A stretch of 56,305 bases of DNA, taken from positions 1 through 56,305 of IMG/VR virus record IMGVR_UViG_3300016469_000460; one strand, given 5' to 3'. Below are positions 38,741 to 47,907 of this stretch, in pieces (within the stretch, counting starts at the first letter, position 1; each line of letters begins with the position of its first letter). Under the pieces are notes generated by a model, which was not told the origin of the DNA, ran no database searches, and was given only the letters and a program-made list of their open reading frames with translations. A program made the position numbers and the translations under genes. This DNA is from a virus (Duplodnaviria; Caudoviricetes).

Positions 38741-39157
38741 TTACTCTTTGACATTTCTTTCAATGATAGTGAAATGTGTTTCAAAATCAGAACGAAAAAT
38801 CATTACTTTTCCCTTTGATAAGGTGATATTTTCAATATAGACCGTTGTATTGGTTATCTTATGAAATTTCATAAGGTAGGGCATATTCGGATAAAGCTTT
38901 GCAATGACAATAGCACATTCACCGTCAAGTAAAGCATCTACTTCAATTATGCTTTCATTCGCTCGAATGACCTCGATAGGCTCTTTTTCATCTTGCATTG
39001 CTGGCAAGTCTTCCCCCTTCGATATTTCTTTTTTCGCTGCCTTTTCTCGCTTCATTCTGCTTGACATTGCCCCAAGGAATAGCAAGCTGAAAAATACAGT
39101 AGCATAAGGTAGCATCATTCTTAGTATATCCATGAAAACAAATTTTATTTGGCTCAC
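38741..39157 (-). CDS. Hypothetical membrane-anchored protein
   Basis: N-terminal TM helix followed by a basic patch. Confidence 0.6.
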   Translation of the reverse strand: MSQIKFVFMDILRMMLPYATVFFSLLFLGAMSSRMKREKAAKKEISKGEDLPAMQDEKEPIEVIRANESIIEVDALLDGECAIVIAKLYPNMPYLMKFHKITNTTVYIENITLSKGKVMIFRSDFETHFTIIERNVKE

Positions 39158-39210
39158 GCCCTATGTATTTATACTAACTACTTTTGTTTTTTACAAAATT
39201 TTATTCCGTA

Positions 39211-41151
39211 TTAGAATGTTGCAGGGATAGCCGTTCTTAATATTTTGACCGTTCCAAGCAGTATTGTAGCCGTTGTTGTTCCATTATTCACGCTCACATT
39301 GTAATTGCTTCCAACTACTGCATGGGACATGATCGGATTATTACCCGATATACTGTCTTGCTGTGTGACAGCCATTGAATTATTGGTAAGCGTTGTACCT
39401 GTCCCGTCCCGACATACGCCGCCTTCGGCTCGAATCCAACCGGAACCTGCAAGACCTGTTCTTTTGTAGTTATATAAGAATGTTACTTGATATTGATTGT
39501 TCAAAGCACAAGCTATTTGAAATACCAAGGCATTTGCATTAGTGTTGACCTGTACTTTGAATTTCATTTCCGTATATTCTACTTCGGAATCTATCAAAGT
39601 GATACTCTTGGATAGATATTCGTACTTATTGCCTCCTAGTGCCAATGTAGCGGTTAGTTTGGTATAGCTTGTAATATCTGCTGTGAGTGGTGAAAGGAAG
39701 TTTTGCAATAGTGCATCCGAAACGACTATTTCGGTACTATTCACTAAGCCGATTCCAATACCATTGGCACCGCTATTATTCAATAGTAGTTCCTTGACCT
39801 TACAAGCAACACAAGCACTCAGATAGACCCCATAGTTATATGGAGCGGATAAGGCAGCTTGTGCGGTACTAGCGTTACCGACAAAGGCAACATTCACACG
39901 GGTGCAAGAAGATAGGTGCGCGGCTCTATCGGATATGCCTTGACCTATGAGATTGCAATTAGTGGCATTGTCTATGTAATAAGCCACTCCCGATATGTTG
40001 AATGTGTTGTCAGCTTTGATGTTTTGACAAAGTGACATGATGTCTATGCCCTTTTGGGTATAGAGCATGGTGGAACTTTCCAAGATGTTGCTTTCTACAA
40101 ATGTAGTATTGACATTGGTAGCTACTCGAATCATGGCCGTAATGCTGTCCGAAGTAGCGTATTTATAGGAAATGTAATTCCTTTGAAATCTTGTATAATT
40201 GGCCGCAATATTGATAATTTCTGTGCCGGTGGGTGAAGTAGCGATTTCTGAAATAATGATTCTGAAACCTTCAAAAGAGCTGTACTGTCCCGTCATATTC
40301 AAAGCCCTTCTTAGTCCCTCCGTTTTTGTTCTAAGGATGGTATTACTGCCTAATACTCTGATTCCGGTATTTGATACACTCAAAGCGCTTTGTAGGGTAA
40401 TATCGCCATAGCGAACAAGAACGGTGCCGCCAGATGGAATAGAGCTGATAGCAGCCTGTAATTGCACGCCGTCCCCTGTGTCGAGATAATCACAATTTTG
40501 TGCCGTATCGCCTGCTGTGGAAATACCGACTACGACATTGAAGCCAAAGCCGTTTTGAGCATTGCCGATGGTGGTCCAAACTCCCGATATTCTTTCCTGT
40601 AAAACAATGTTTCCGCCAACAACGCCTTGTCGAAAACTACCGTCCGTACTTTCATCCCCCCAATAGACAAAAGCGGATGCAGATAATTGAACGATGTCGC
40701 TCAATAGCCTTATAGCGCTGCCTGCTTGAAAGGTGGTATCGGTAGTGCTTGAAACAGAAAAAGCCCTAAGCCCTGTGAAGCTAAGTGCAAAAGGAGCGCC
40801 CGAAATAGTGCCGCCTGATAATTCAGTATCGGCATTCAATTCACCTCCGAAACGAACAATACCGCCCGATTCATAGACCCCGTTTTGATAAGCAGAACCC
40901 ACATTGCCTGCATCGGTCATAAAGGACAATGCCGAAAATAATTCTGCATCCGTTTCGGTGGATGGAATAGCGATGTCTTTTCTTGGGATGGTAATGACAA
41001 GTTGTTCGCCTACGTAGATGTATAGTAGGCCCTTGTCAATATTTATCTTTGCCGTTTTCGGGATAGCCCAATACTGCCTAACAGCAACGCCGTCCGATAA
41101 GGAAACGGTGCTATATCGCTGTGCTGTATTTGTAATGCTGTATTGTGCCAT
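39211..41151 (-). CDS. Virion spike/depolymerase-like protein with right-handed beta-helix (pectin-lyase-like)
   Basis: DGVQLQAAISSIPSGGTVLVRYGDITL beta-helix cap followed by Asn/Ser/Ile-rich repeats. Confidence 0.75.
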   Translation of the reverse strand: MAQYSITNTAQRYSTVSLSDGVAVRQYWAIPKTAKINIDKGLLYIYVGEQLVITIPRKDIAIPSTETDAELFSALSFMTDAGNVGSAYQNGVYESGGIVRFGGELNADTELSGGTISGAPFALSFTGLRAFSVSSTTDTTFQAGSAIRLLSDIVQLSASAFVYWGDESTDGSFRQGVVGGNIVLQERISGVWTTIGNAQNGFGFNVVVGISTAGDTAQNCDYLDTGDGVQLQAAISSIPSGGTVLVRYGDITLQSALSVSNTGIRVLGSNTILRTKTEGLRRALNMTGQYSSFEGFRIIISEIATSPTGTEIINIAANYTRFQRNYISYKYATSDSITAMIRVATNVNTTFVESNILESSTMLYTQKGIDIMSLCQNIKADNTFNISGVAYYIDNATNCNLIGQGISDRAAHLSSCTRVNVAFVGNASTAQAALSAPYNYGVYLSACVACKVKELLLNNSGANGIGIGLVNSTEIVVSDALLQNFLSPLTADITSYTKLTATLALGGNKYEYLSKSITLIDSEVEYTEMKFKVQVNTNANALVFQIACALNNQYQVTFLYNYKRTGLAGSGWIRAEGGVCRDGTGTTLTNNSMAVTQQDSISGNNPIMSHAVVGSNYNVSVNNGTTTATILLGTVKILRTAIPATF

Positions 41152-41169
41152 TTTTGTATGTGTAGTTGA

Positions 41170-41418
41170 TTAGTTGACAATTTGAGCTATGGCATCGAAT
41201 GCACTTTGAATGCCGTCAATGCTAGGTGTTTGAATAGCGGATATGCTCAATACAATTTCATTGCCTTCGGATAGAATACTCACATGGGTATCACTTACCG
41301 ATAGTGTTGTAAGGCCCTTTTGAAATCTTCTTTGATTCAAGAGCGCACCACTTTCATTTTCGATAGCCGAAAGCGTCCAATTTTGAGCATCCTCCGATGT
41401 GAAACTATATACAATCAT
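41170..41418 (-). CDS. Hypothetical protein resembling the N-terminal domain of the adjacent spike protein
   Basis: YSFTSEDAQ...IQTPS...FDAI versus YSITNTAQ...IAIPS...FSAL. Confidence 0.6.
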   Translation of the reverse strand: MIVYSFTSEDAQNWTLSAIENESGALLNQRRFQKGLTTLSVSDTHVSILSEGNEIVLSISAIQTPSIDGIQSAFDAIAQIVN

Positions 41419-41439
41419 ATCCGCTATTTTTTTTTCGCC

Positions 41440-41811
41440 TTAATTTTCTTCGGACAATTCTACATCTGCAATGCCTTGGATGTCGGAATAGAAAAGCATC
41501 CTTGTAGCTACTCCGTTGATGTCAAGGTCACGCCCTCCATAGCGTCCGAAAAATACAATATCTCCAATCTTGATAATATCTTCAAGGTCGGGCGACACTC
41601 GAATGACTTTGCCAAATTCGATTTCATAGCTGCTAGTCTGCTTTTCATCTTCCTCAGATGCTCCTTTGGCTATTTCCAACTTAATGCCGTTTTCGCCGCT
41701 TGAAAGGGCAGAGCTTGGGTTAGAAATAGGTACTACAAGTACCAATCTATTCAAAAGAATGAGGTCTTTTATTTTGACGACCTTTTGAGTGATTTTTTTA
41801 AGTTCTTTCAT
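41440..41811 (-). CDS. groES: Co-chaperonin GroES-like
   Basis: GKVIRVS...IKIGDIVFFGRYGGRDLDING...DIQGI. Confidence 0.85.
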   Translation of the reverse strand: MKELKKITQKVVKIKDLILLNRLVLVVPISNPSSALSSGENGIKLEIAKGASEEDEKQTSSYEIEFGKVIRVSPDLEDIIKIGDIVFFGRYGGRDLDINGVATRMLFYSDIQGIADVELSEEN

Positions 41812-41937
41812 TATTCGCTGTTTTTTTTGAATTTTTTATAAAAAATCTAAACAAAAATAAAAATTTTTCAACGAATAAAGTCGGATTTTGTGTTATTTTT
41901 ATGAACGAATAGTTTTCAAAAATCAAAACTCGCTCTT

Positions 41938-42321
41938 ATGCAACACATTATTTTGTTCTTACAAATCATTCTTGGCCTTGTGTTCTTTTGGGCTTTTGAG
42001 GCTCACAAGTACATTATCAACGGCTCATTTCGCTTCTCGAAGTGGAAAAGCGAAAATTTGGCAAAATTCGTTTGGACACTTATTGTCTGTGTTTTTGTCA
42101 TGGCAATTATGATAGTTGACCCTGCAAGTATTGGCTTTGTATTCAAGTCTATGGGTATTGACCTTCAATCGGAGCTTGGGAACGGTGAATTTTCCCTTTC
42201 GGGTGTTGTTATCGGTATCCTTATCAGCTATGTGACACAAAGGCTGCTGAAAAAGAAAAAAGACAAGGCAGTAGAAGACACTACGACCGATGTAAAACCT
42301 GAGCATGAACCCGAAGTTTAG
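41938..42321 (+). CDS. Putative holin
   Basis: Three TM segments and a charged C-terminus, directly upstream of the endolysin. Confidence 0.7.
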   Translation: MQHIILFLQIILGLVFFWAFEAHKYIINGSFRFSKWKSENLAKFVWTLIVCVFVMAIMIVDPASIGFVFKSMGIDLQSELGNGEFSLSGVVIGILISYVTQRLLKKKKDKAVEDTTTDVKPEHEPEV

Positions 42322-42383
42322 GGGCTAAGGAATTGGAATTAATCTGCAGTAAAAAGAAATTTTCACACTTAAAAAATAAAGCG

Positions 42384-43349
42384 ATGCAATTACCGCTCAA
42401 AAAAGGCAGTTACGGACCCGATGTGGTAGAACTGCAAAATAGATTGAATAAGCTTGGATATGGCCTGTCGAAAGATGGTCAGTTCGGAAATTCTACCGAA
42501 AAAGCTGTTTTAGATTTTCAAAGAAAAAACAGTTTGGTGGATGATGGGATTGTAGGTCAGCAGACTTGGAATACCTTAGTATCAAAAACGGATTCTGCTA
42601 ACACGGGGGATATTATCGTACCGGAATCAGGTTCACCGATTCATATTATCAAAGAGCTGCCGGCAGGGGAATACGTCAAGGAAAAGACCGTTAAAAGAGG
42701 TTTTGCCTTACATCACACCGTTTCGGATGGTGACCCTGAAATGGTCTTGAATAATTGGGAACATGATACGCGCGGTGCTGTTGCTACGCCTTTCATCATT
42801 GGCCGTGAAATGGTCAACGGGAATAAGGAACATGACGGTAAAATTATGCAGGTATTTGATATGGACTTTTGGGCGCACCACATCAAAACCGACCGCATGG
42901 GTTTTGATTGGAACCACAATGTAATGACCAATAAGTCCTATATCGGTGCTGAGCTATGTTCTTGGGGTTGCTTGAAAAAAGTAGGCACAAAGTTCTATGA
43001 CCTATCAGGAAAAATTCAGATACCGGAATATCAAGTTTGCATCCTGAAAAAGCCTTTCCGTACTTATGAGTTTTGGCATAAATTCACGGATGCTCAGTTG
43101 CATTCCTTGTACGAATTAGCAAAGTATGTCAGTAAGAAAACGGGCATTGACTTTGAAGACTTGACTTATGAGCCTGAAACGGTGGACTTTCAATGGTTCG
43201 AGATGGATTATAATGCCATGTCAGCAGGATATGGATATTCCAATGTTCGCAAGCTCACTACACACACAAATTTTGAATACGGTAAGTTCGATACATTCCC
43301 ACAGCCGGAATTGATTGAAGTTATCAAAATGATTCGAGGAGGTAAATAA
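42384..43349 (+). CDS. Endolysin: PG_binding_1 domain + N-acetylmuramoyl-L-alanine amidase (Amidase_2)
   Basis: LKKGSYGPDVVELQNRL..DGQFG..T..AVLDFQ...DGIVGQQTW; LHHT, IGAELC and TTH..KFD zinc-amidase motifs. Confidence 0.92.
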   Translation: MQLPLKKGSYGPDVVELQNRLNKLGYGLSKDGQFGNSTEKAVLDFQRKNSLVDDGIVGQQTWNTLVSKTDSANTGDIIVPESGSPIHIIKELPAGEYVKEKTVKRGFALHHTVSDGDPEMVLNNWEHDTRGAVATPFIIGREMVNGNKEHDGKIMQVFDMDFWAHHIKTDRMGFDWNHNVMTNKSYIGAELCSWGCLKKVGTKFYDLSGKIQIPEYQVCILKKPFRTYEFWHKFTDAQLHSLYELAKYVSKKTGIDFEDLTYEPETVDFQWFEMDYNAMSAGYGYSNVRKLTTHTNFEYGKFDTFPQPELIEVIKMIRGGK

Positions 43350-43350
43350 T

Positions 43351-43734
43351 ATGAGAAAAAACAATGTTGGTGCCGCTATATTTCGCGTGGCCTTCCTGCT
43401 TATCGCTATTGCTATTTTAGCACACGCGATTGCTTACATAATTTGGTCGAATTTCAATTCGGACAATACCCAGCTTTTGCAAGATTATCGAGCTTTCAAA
43501 AACTCGCAAGATTCAATCGTTTTTGAACTCAGAAAAGACCTTATCAAGGTACGACAAGATAGGCTTGTGTTGTTGGACAGCATCGAGGTGCTGAAAGGTG
43601 CTGTATTGAAGCAAGAAAATATTATGAATTATCAAAACTATCAAATCAATGAGATTCGGAAAAACATCAAGTCACATCCTGTTAATTTTGCTGATAGCTC
43701 TATTCAGTCCATTGACAGGATTCTCCCAAAATAA
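43351..43734 (+). CDS. Putative i-spanin-like protein
   Basis: N-terminal TM plus coiled coil; follows the endolysin. Confidence 0.6.
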   Translation: MRKNNVGAAIFRVAFLLIAIAILAHAIAYIIWSNFNSDNTQLLQDYRAFKNSQDSIVFELRKDLIKVRQDRLVLLDSIEVLKGAVLKQENIMNYQNYQINEIRKNIKSHPVNFADSSIQSIDRILPK

Positions 43735-44197
43735 TGGAGGCGGTGACGGGCCAGCTAATGTATCGGGTGACAGCTTGGATAAAGGCACTCTTTTACCCGT
43801 CAAGGTAGGTTCTGAAATTTGGTATGCTATGCCTTTCAGTCGTTTGGCAAAAATTAGCAATGACATAGCCTCCTTGGATAGCTTGCGACAGGTATCTTTG
43901 TTAGTGCCACTACTCGATAGCTCGCTTTCAACTTGCAAGCAGGTCAATAGTCTGCAAAAGCAGGAAATCAATTCTTTTGAAGCTTTAATGAAAAGCTATG
44001 ATATTGAAGTCGGAAAGCAGGATTCAATTATTATGAACCAAGCCTATACGATTGAAAAGTCCGATGCTGTTATCAAGGAGCTTGACGGAAAGTATCAAAA
44101 AGAAAGGCGAAAAAACAAGGGTAAAAATATTTTGATAATTTGCGGCACCGCTATTGGCCTCCTGCTTGGGATATTGATAGCGGCGGCGATAAAATAA
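43649..44197 (+). CDS. Putative spanin partner (signal peptide, coiled coil, C-terminal TM)
   Basis: Overlaps the previous gene; signal peptide ending FS|Q; heptad region; C-terminal hydrophobic helix. Confidence 0.55.
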   Translation: MRFGKTSSHILLILLIALFSPLTGFSQNNGGGDGPANVSGDSLDKGTLLPVKVGSEIWYAMPFSRLAKISNDIASLDSLRQVSLLVPLLDSSLSTCKQVNSLQKQEINSFEALMKSYDIEVGKQDSIIMNQAYTIEKSDAVIKELDGKYQKERRKNKGKNILIICGTAIGLLLGILIAAAIK

Positions 44198-44206
44198 CAA
44201 GCTGTC

Positions 44207-44710
44207 ATGTTGAAGAAAAAAACATACAAAATTGACGTTCCCGAAGTCTTGATAACTCAGGATGTTGTTTTTGCCATTGGGTACGAATCCTTGGATATGT
44301 TCGACCTCGCTCCCGATATTGAAAAAACAACGGGCATTTCCAAGCAATCCGCTTTGGATTACAAAGAAACACCTTCGGATGCTAGGGTTTATGGAATGTG
44401 CAATATTATGAATGTCAAGGATGGGGCTTGTGACATCTTCTTTTTCATCAATGCCACAAGACTAATCAATGACATTGGGGAATACGGCCTACAAAAAGGA
44501 GGCGGCAACATTATTGCACATGAAGCATTCCACCTTACTCAATTGATGCTAATGCGTAACCAATTGGGCTTGAATTGGTGGAAAAAGGATTGGCCGGGGA
44601 TTGGTGGCAGCATGGAAGACAATATCGACGGTGAAGTTTTTGCGAGCGTACAGGGAAGTGTTGGGGCGCAAATGGCTGCTTTTGCTTCGGAGCTTTTGTT
44701 AATGGGTTAG
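44207..44710 (+). CDS. HExxH metallopeptidase-like protein
   Basis: IIAHEAFH motif with a downstream E (DGEVFA). Confidence 0.6.
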   Translation: MLKKKTYKIDVPEVLITQDVVFAIGYESLDMFDLAPDIEKTTGISKQSALDYKETPSDARVYGMCNIMNVKDGACDIFFFINATRLINDIGEYGLQKGGGNIIAHEAFHLTQLMLMRNQLGLNWWKKDWPGIGGSMEDNIDGEVFASVQGSVGAQMAAFASELLLMG

Positions 44711-44738
44711 AATTTTTGTTTTGTATTTTCAGATTGGG

Positions 44739-44768
44739 GCATCTACCTTCAGGTAGGTGCTTTTTTTT
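44739..44768 (+). terminator. Rho-independent terminator (lysis operon)
   Basis: GCATCTACCT-tc-AGGTAGGTGC followed by T8. Confidence 0.85.
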
Positions 44769-44772
44769 ATGC

Positions 44773-44805
44773 AAAAAAGGCAACCCCTCGAAAGAGATTG
44801 CCTTT
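44773..44805 (-). terminator. Rho-independent terminator (convergent minus-strand operon)
   Basis: AAAGGCAA-cc-CTC-gaaa-GAG-a-TTGCCTTT preceded by an A tract on the plus strand. Confidence 0.75.
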
Positions 44806-44848
44806 ACTAGATACACGTCAACTTGATAAGAACGAAGATAAGAAAAAG

Positions 44849-45031
44849 TCAATCTTTTTCCAACAAATCTTCAAAATTATTTGCAATCATAGTGTAAAGT
44901 TCGATTAATTCGATAGCATTTTTTCGCTCTATTTTAGAAAGCTTTTCAAGGCTATTTTCAGATAATTCCTCGGCACAATCTTGTAAGTTTTGCAATGTAT
45001 TTGTGAACATACAATATTTCATGTTTGCCAT
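44849..45031 (-). CDS. Small hypothetical protein
   Basis: MANMKYCMFTNTLQNLQDC, resembling a conserved small phage protein (MxNMSYCRFENT-like). Confidence 0.65.
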   Translation of the reverse strand: MANMKYCMFTNTLQNLQDCAEELSENSLEKLSKIERKNAIELIELYTMIANNFEDLLEKD

Positions 45032-45051
45032 ATTCTTAGTGTTTTGATGTT

Positions 45052-45519
45052 TTATAGGTAGTCTTTAACTTCTCTAATCAAGTCAAAAAGATGCTTTTTT
45101 TCATCGTTATTGAGAGAAGTAGTTTTTAGAAATTCTTTTATTTTGAAATACGGGTCTTGCATTAGCTTCATTTTATCTTCTGAAAATTCGATATTAGAAC
45201 GAATCCAAAAATCACCAATGCAAGCTTTTTCATAGCCACATTCATATACGTTATAGAAAATTTCAGGCGGCGCATACATCTCTTTTTCTTTGAAAGTATT
45301 AGAAGACAAGTAAACTTCTTTTTGTTTTATTTGGTATCTATTGCCTTTCAAGTCTTCAAATTCATTTTCAGAAATATATTTAAAATATCGCCAAAACCCA
45401 CAATCGAAAACACCATAATAATTACCAATAGTAAATTTTATGTCATGCTGTTGTAGTTGAAATATGTCAATTATATTTCCCGTATCATTTAAACTCAGGT
45501 GTTTTAGCACTTTCGACAT
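45052..45519 (-). CDS. Hypothetical protein
   Basis: 155-aa AT-rich ORF. Confidence 0.65.
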   Translation of the reverse strand: MSKVLKHLSLNDTGNIIDIFQLQQHDIKFTIGNYYGVFDCGFWRYFKYISENEFEDLKGNRYQIKQKEVYLSSNTFKEKEMYAPPEIFYNVYECGYEKACIGDFWIRSNIEFSEDKMKLMQDPYFKIKEFLKTTSLNNDEKKHLFDLIREVKDYL

Positions 45520-45543
45520 TTTTTTTAGGCTTATGATAAATTT

Positions 45544-45831
45544 TTATAACCAAGAGAAGTCAAATTCGGAAACATCATCTTTCGATGGCTCGAATGGACG
45601 GCGGTCTGAAAATTCACCATCCAATACAGCATTATCTACAATGCTTCGATGGTTGGACGGGATGCCGTTGCCGCTCCAATAATGAACGGTGCCGTCTTCC
45701 TCAATTAGGAATTTATAGGCGCTATCGCCTACTTGTAATGTGGCAATTTCAGCAGGCGTAATCGTATAGCTATTGCCTGTTTTTGAATTGGTAACGGTGT
45801 ATTTTCCGTTGTTGTGGTTTGATACTTGCAT
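45544..45831 (-). CDS. Hypothetical protein
   Basis: 95-aa ORF downstream of a consensus promoter, A-rich leader. Confidence 0.7.
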   Translation of the reverse strand: MQVSNHNNGKYTVTNSKTGNSYTITPAEIATLQVGDSAYKFLIEEDGTVHYWSGNGIPSNHRSIVDNAVLDGEFSDRRPFEPSKDDVSEFDFSWL

Positions 45832-45941
45832 GGTGGTAATGTTGTTTTGTTTTTTGAAAAGCGGCGACCCCTGTTTTAGGACGAAAGATTGAAAGGATTA
45901 CACCGGAGCCGCCGCCGTATCTTTATCGCTGTTTGATGTAT

Positions 45942-45972
45942 CAAAGATAGGTACTTTTTACAAACTTTCAAA
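45942..45972 (-). promoter_or_regulatory. Bacteroidota consensus sigmaA promoter (-33/-7)
   Basis: Minus strand TTTG-N19-TATCTTTG, an exact match to TTTG-N19-21-TAnnTTTG. Confidence 0.8.
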
Positions 45973-46026
45973 GTTTTTTACAATTATTTTCAAAATAATT
46001 TAAAATTTAACACTTTTGTAAAAAAC

Positions 46027-46056
46027 AAAAACCCTACCGAATAAATCCGATAGGGC
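46027..46056 (-). terminator. Rho-independent terminator ending the groEL/csf operon
   Basis: Minus strand GCCCTATCGG-attta-TTCGGTAGGGT followed by a T tract. Confidence 0.7.
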
Positions 46057-46085
46057 TAGGTAGCTGGTAGTTGACAGCTTAAAAA

Positions 46086-46286
46086 TTATTTATTATCAAT
46101 AATTTCGATAATGTTAATTTTTTTGTTGGTTTCTATTTCGTCTTTTGAAACGTACAGATAATCACATCCGCTAAAATTATAAAGACTTGCATCTTCATTG
46201 GCACCATTCAGCATTATCTTGAATGTAATGACTAGTTCACTTTTTGCATGAACTTTTGTTTTGTGAATTTTGCTACTACCAATCAT
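46086..46286 (-). CDS. Small hypothetical protein
   Basis: 66-aa ORF before the terminator. Confidence 0.45.
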   Translation of the reverse strand: MIGSSKIHKTKVHAKSELVITFKIMLNGANEDASLYNFSGCDYLYVSKDEIETNKKINIIEIIDNK

Positions 46287-46334
46287 TTTAAAGAAAACAA
46301 CTTTGTTGATTCCTAGCTTATCCCATAATGATAG

Positions 46335-47195
46335 CTATTGATGCGAACTTTGTTCTTCCTTTGCAGGCTCTAAGGCTTGTTCTTGCTCCATAGCAAGCCC
46401 ATTGTCCTGTGGCATTCCAAAAACGGGAAATTCGGGCATTGTAATGATTTTATAATCACTTTCGTGGGTAATTTCAAAGTAATTCAAGAAGATATTATAG
46501 ACTACCTCAGAATTGACGGGCTTGATGGTGAACCAAACGAATCTGAATACTTTATTATCCAAAACTTTCAATTCAAATTTGGTATTTTCGGGAACATAAA
46601 AATCCAAAATTCCCTCTTTTTCCATCAGTTCAAAAGCGCATTTTAGAGCCGATAAAGTACTATCAATAGAGTTTTTCAATCTAAGTACACCAGAAATAAC
46701 TTTCAAAACTCCCTCAATAACCGAAGCTTCCTTAATCAAATTTGGAAGGTCTGTAAGGGGTCTTGACCTATCTTTATTCATAAGATTTTCCAATTCAGGA
46801 TTAGCCATTGATTTTATGACTTCGATAGTTCTTTCTATTCCAAATGTTAAAGTAAGCTCCTCGGAAACTTGAATAGGCAAATACATCACCTTTTCAGCTT
46901 TCACATCAATATTGATTTTGTCGCTTTGTCCATAGATGCAAATAGGCAGCTTGACCTCGATTTTATCATTTTTGAAAACAGCAATGTATTTTCCGTTTTC
47001 GATAGTGATTTTCGGGTCATCTGGATTGCCAGCCTCGAAAGCTTTCAATTCATCATTTCGCACGCTAAGAACTTTCGGGTCAGTTCTGAGCCTTTGAAAT
47101 TCATTTATGTGAATGAATAGCTTTTCATCTTGAATGAAAGCGCTACGGCCTATTTTTTTGACATTAACGTCAATTTCTAATTTGTAATTTTCCAT
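46335..47195 (-). CDS. Hypothetical protein
   Basis: 286-aa ORF starting 4 nt after the csf3 stop. Confidence 0.75.
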   Translation of the reverse strand: MENYKLEIDVNVKKIGRSAFIQDEKLFIHINEFQRLRTDPKVLSVRNDELKAFEAGNPDDPKITIENGKYIAVFKNDKIEVKLPICIYGQSDKINIDVKAEKVMYLPIQVSEELTLTFGIERTIEVIKSMANPELENLMNKDRSRPLTDLPNLIKEASVIEGVLKVISGVLRLKNSIDSTLSALKCAFELMEKEGILDFYVPENTKFELKVLDNKVFRFVWFTIKPVNSEVVYNIFLNYFEITHESDYKIITMPEFPVFGMPQDNGLAMEQEQALEPAKEEQSSHQ

Positions 47196-47199
47196 TGAA

Positions 47200-47889
47200 T
47201 TATGAATTTTGAATTAAAAAATCTGTGTAATTTTTATCACTCGAAGGCACTACACAAGGCACAGCGCCTATTTGTTGATGATAAGGGGGCATAGTTCGCA
47301 TTACGAAGATGCTACCTGTCTTTTTCTTTTGAGCGGCAAACTCTAATGGAGCAGGTCGCTTCAAGGTGTCCCAAAAATTGCCATTACAAGCACTTATTTT
47401 GACATCTCTTATCCAACCATATCCCTTTGATACTTTCTTTCCAATGCCGACAATATCTTGTAGGATTTCGGCTACCTTATCAGCATCGCCACAGAACCAA
47501 GCAACGGCACCGGAACACACAAAGCCTGTTCTTGGAATATTGGCACTTTTCATAGTGCCTCGCTGCGTATCTATGCCCGTGCGCTCCTTATCGGATATTA
47601 CCCAATGTGACTGTTCGTTCCAACGCTTCTTTTCCGAAGTAATGAAAGATTGCACATTGCCTGTTAAAAATATTTGAGAGGCAAGGAAACAACCTGCTTC
47701 GGCATCAAATTCTATCGGAAAGTCTTTGGCAGTAGAAAAGTCGAAAAGTTCATCAGGGGCATACATCGGCTTATTGAAAAAACTTTCAGGATGGTATTTT
47801 TGTAGCCAAAATTTTGCAATTAGTCCGTCAAGCATCAGGGGCTTATATTGCAAAACGGTGTGTTGGATAGTGAATTCAATCTTGTGCAT
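47200..47889 (-). CDS. csf3: Type IV CRISPR-associated Csf3 (Cas5-like RAMP)
   Basis: PLMLDGLIA N-terminal motif, IDTQRGTMKS, WFCGDADKVAEIL, G-rich loop GIGKKVSKGYGWI, RPAP and PPY. Confidence 0.85.
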   Translation of the reverse strand: MHKIEFTIQHTVLQYKPLMLDGLIAKFWLQKYHPESFFNKPMYAPDELFDFSTAKDFPIEFDAEAGCFLASQIFLTGNVQSFITSEKKRWNEQSHWVISDKERTGIDTQRGTMKSANIPRTGFVCSGAVAWFCGDADKVAEILQDIVGIGKKVSKGYGWIRDVKISACNGNFWDTLKRPAPLEFAAQKKKTGSIFVMRTMPPYHQQIGAVPCVVPSSDKNYTDFLIQNS

Positions 47890-47907
47890 GGTGGATATGT
47901 TGTTTTG

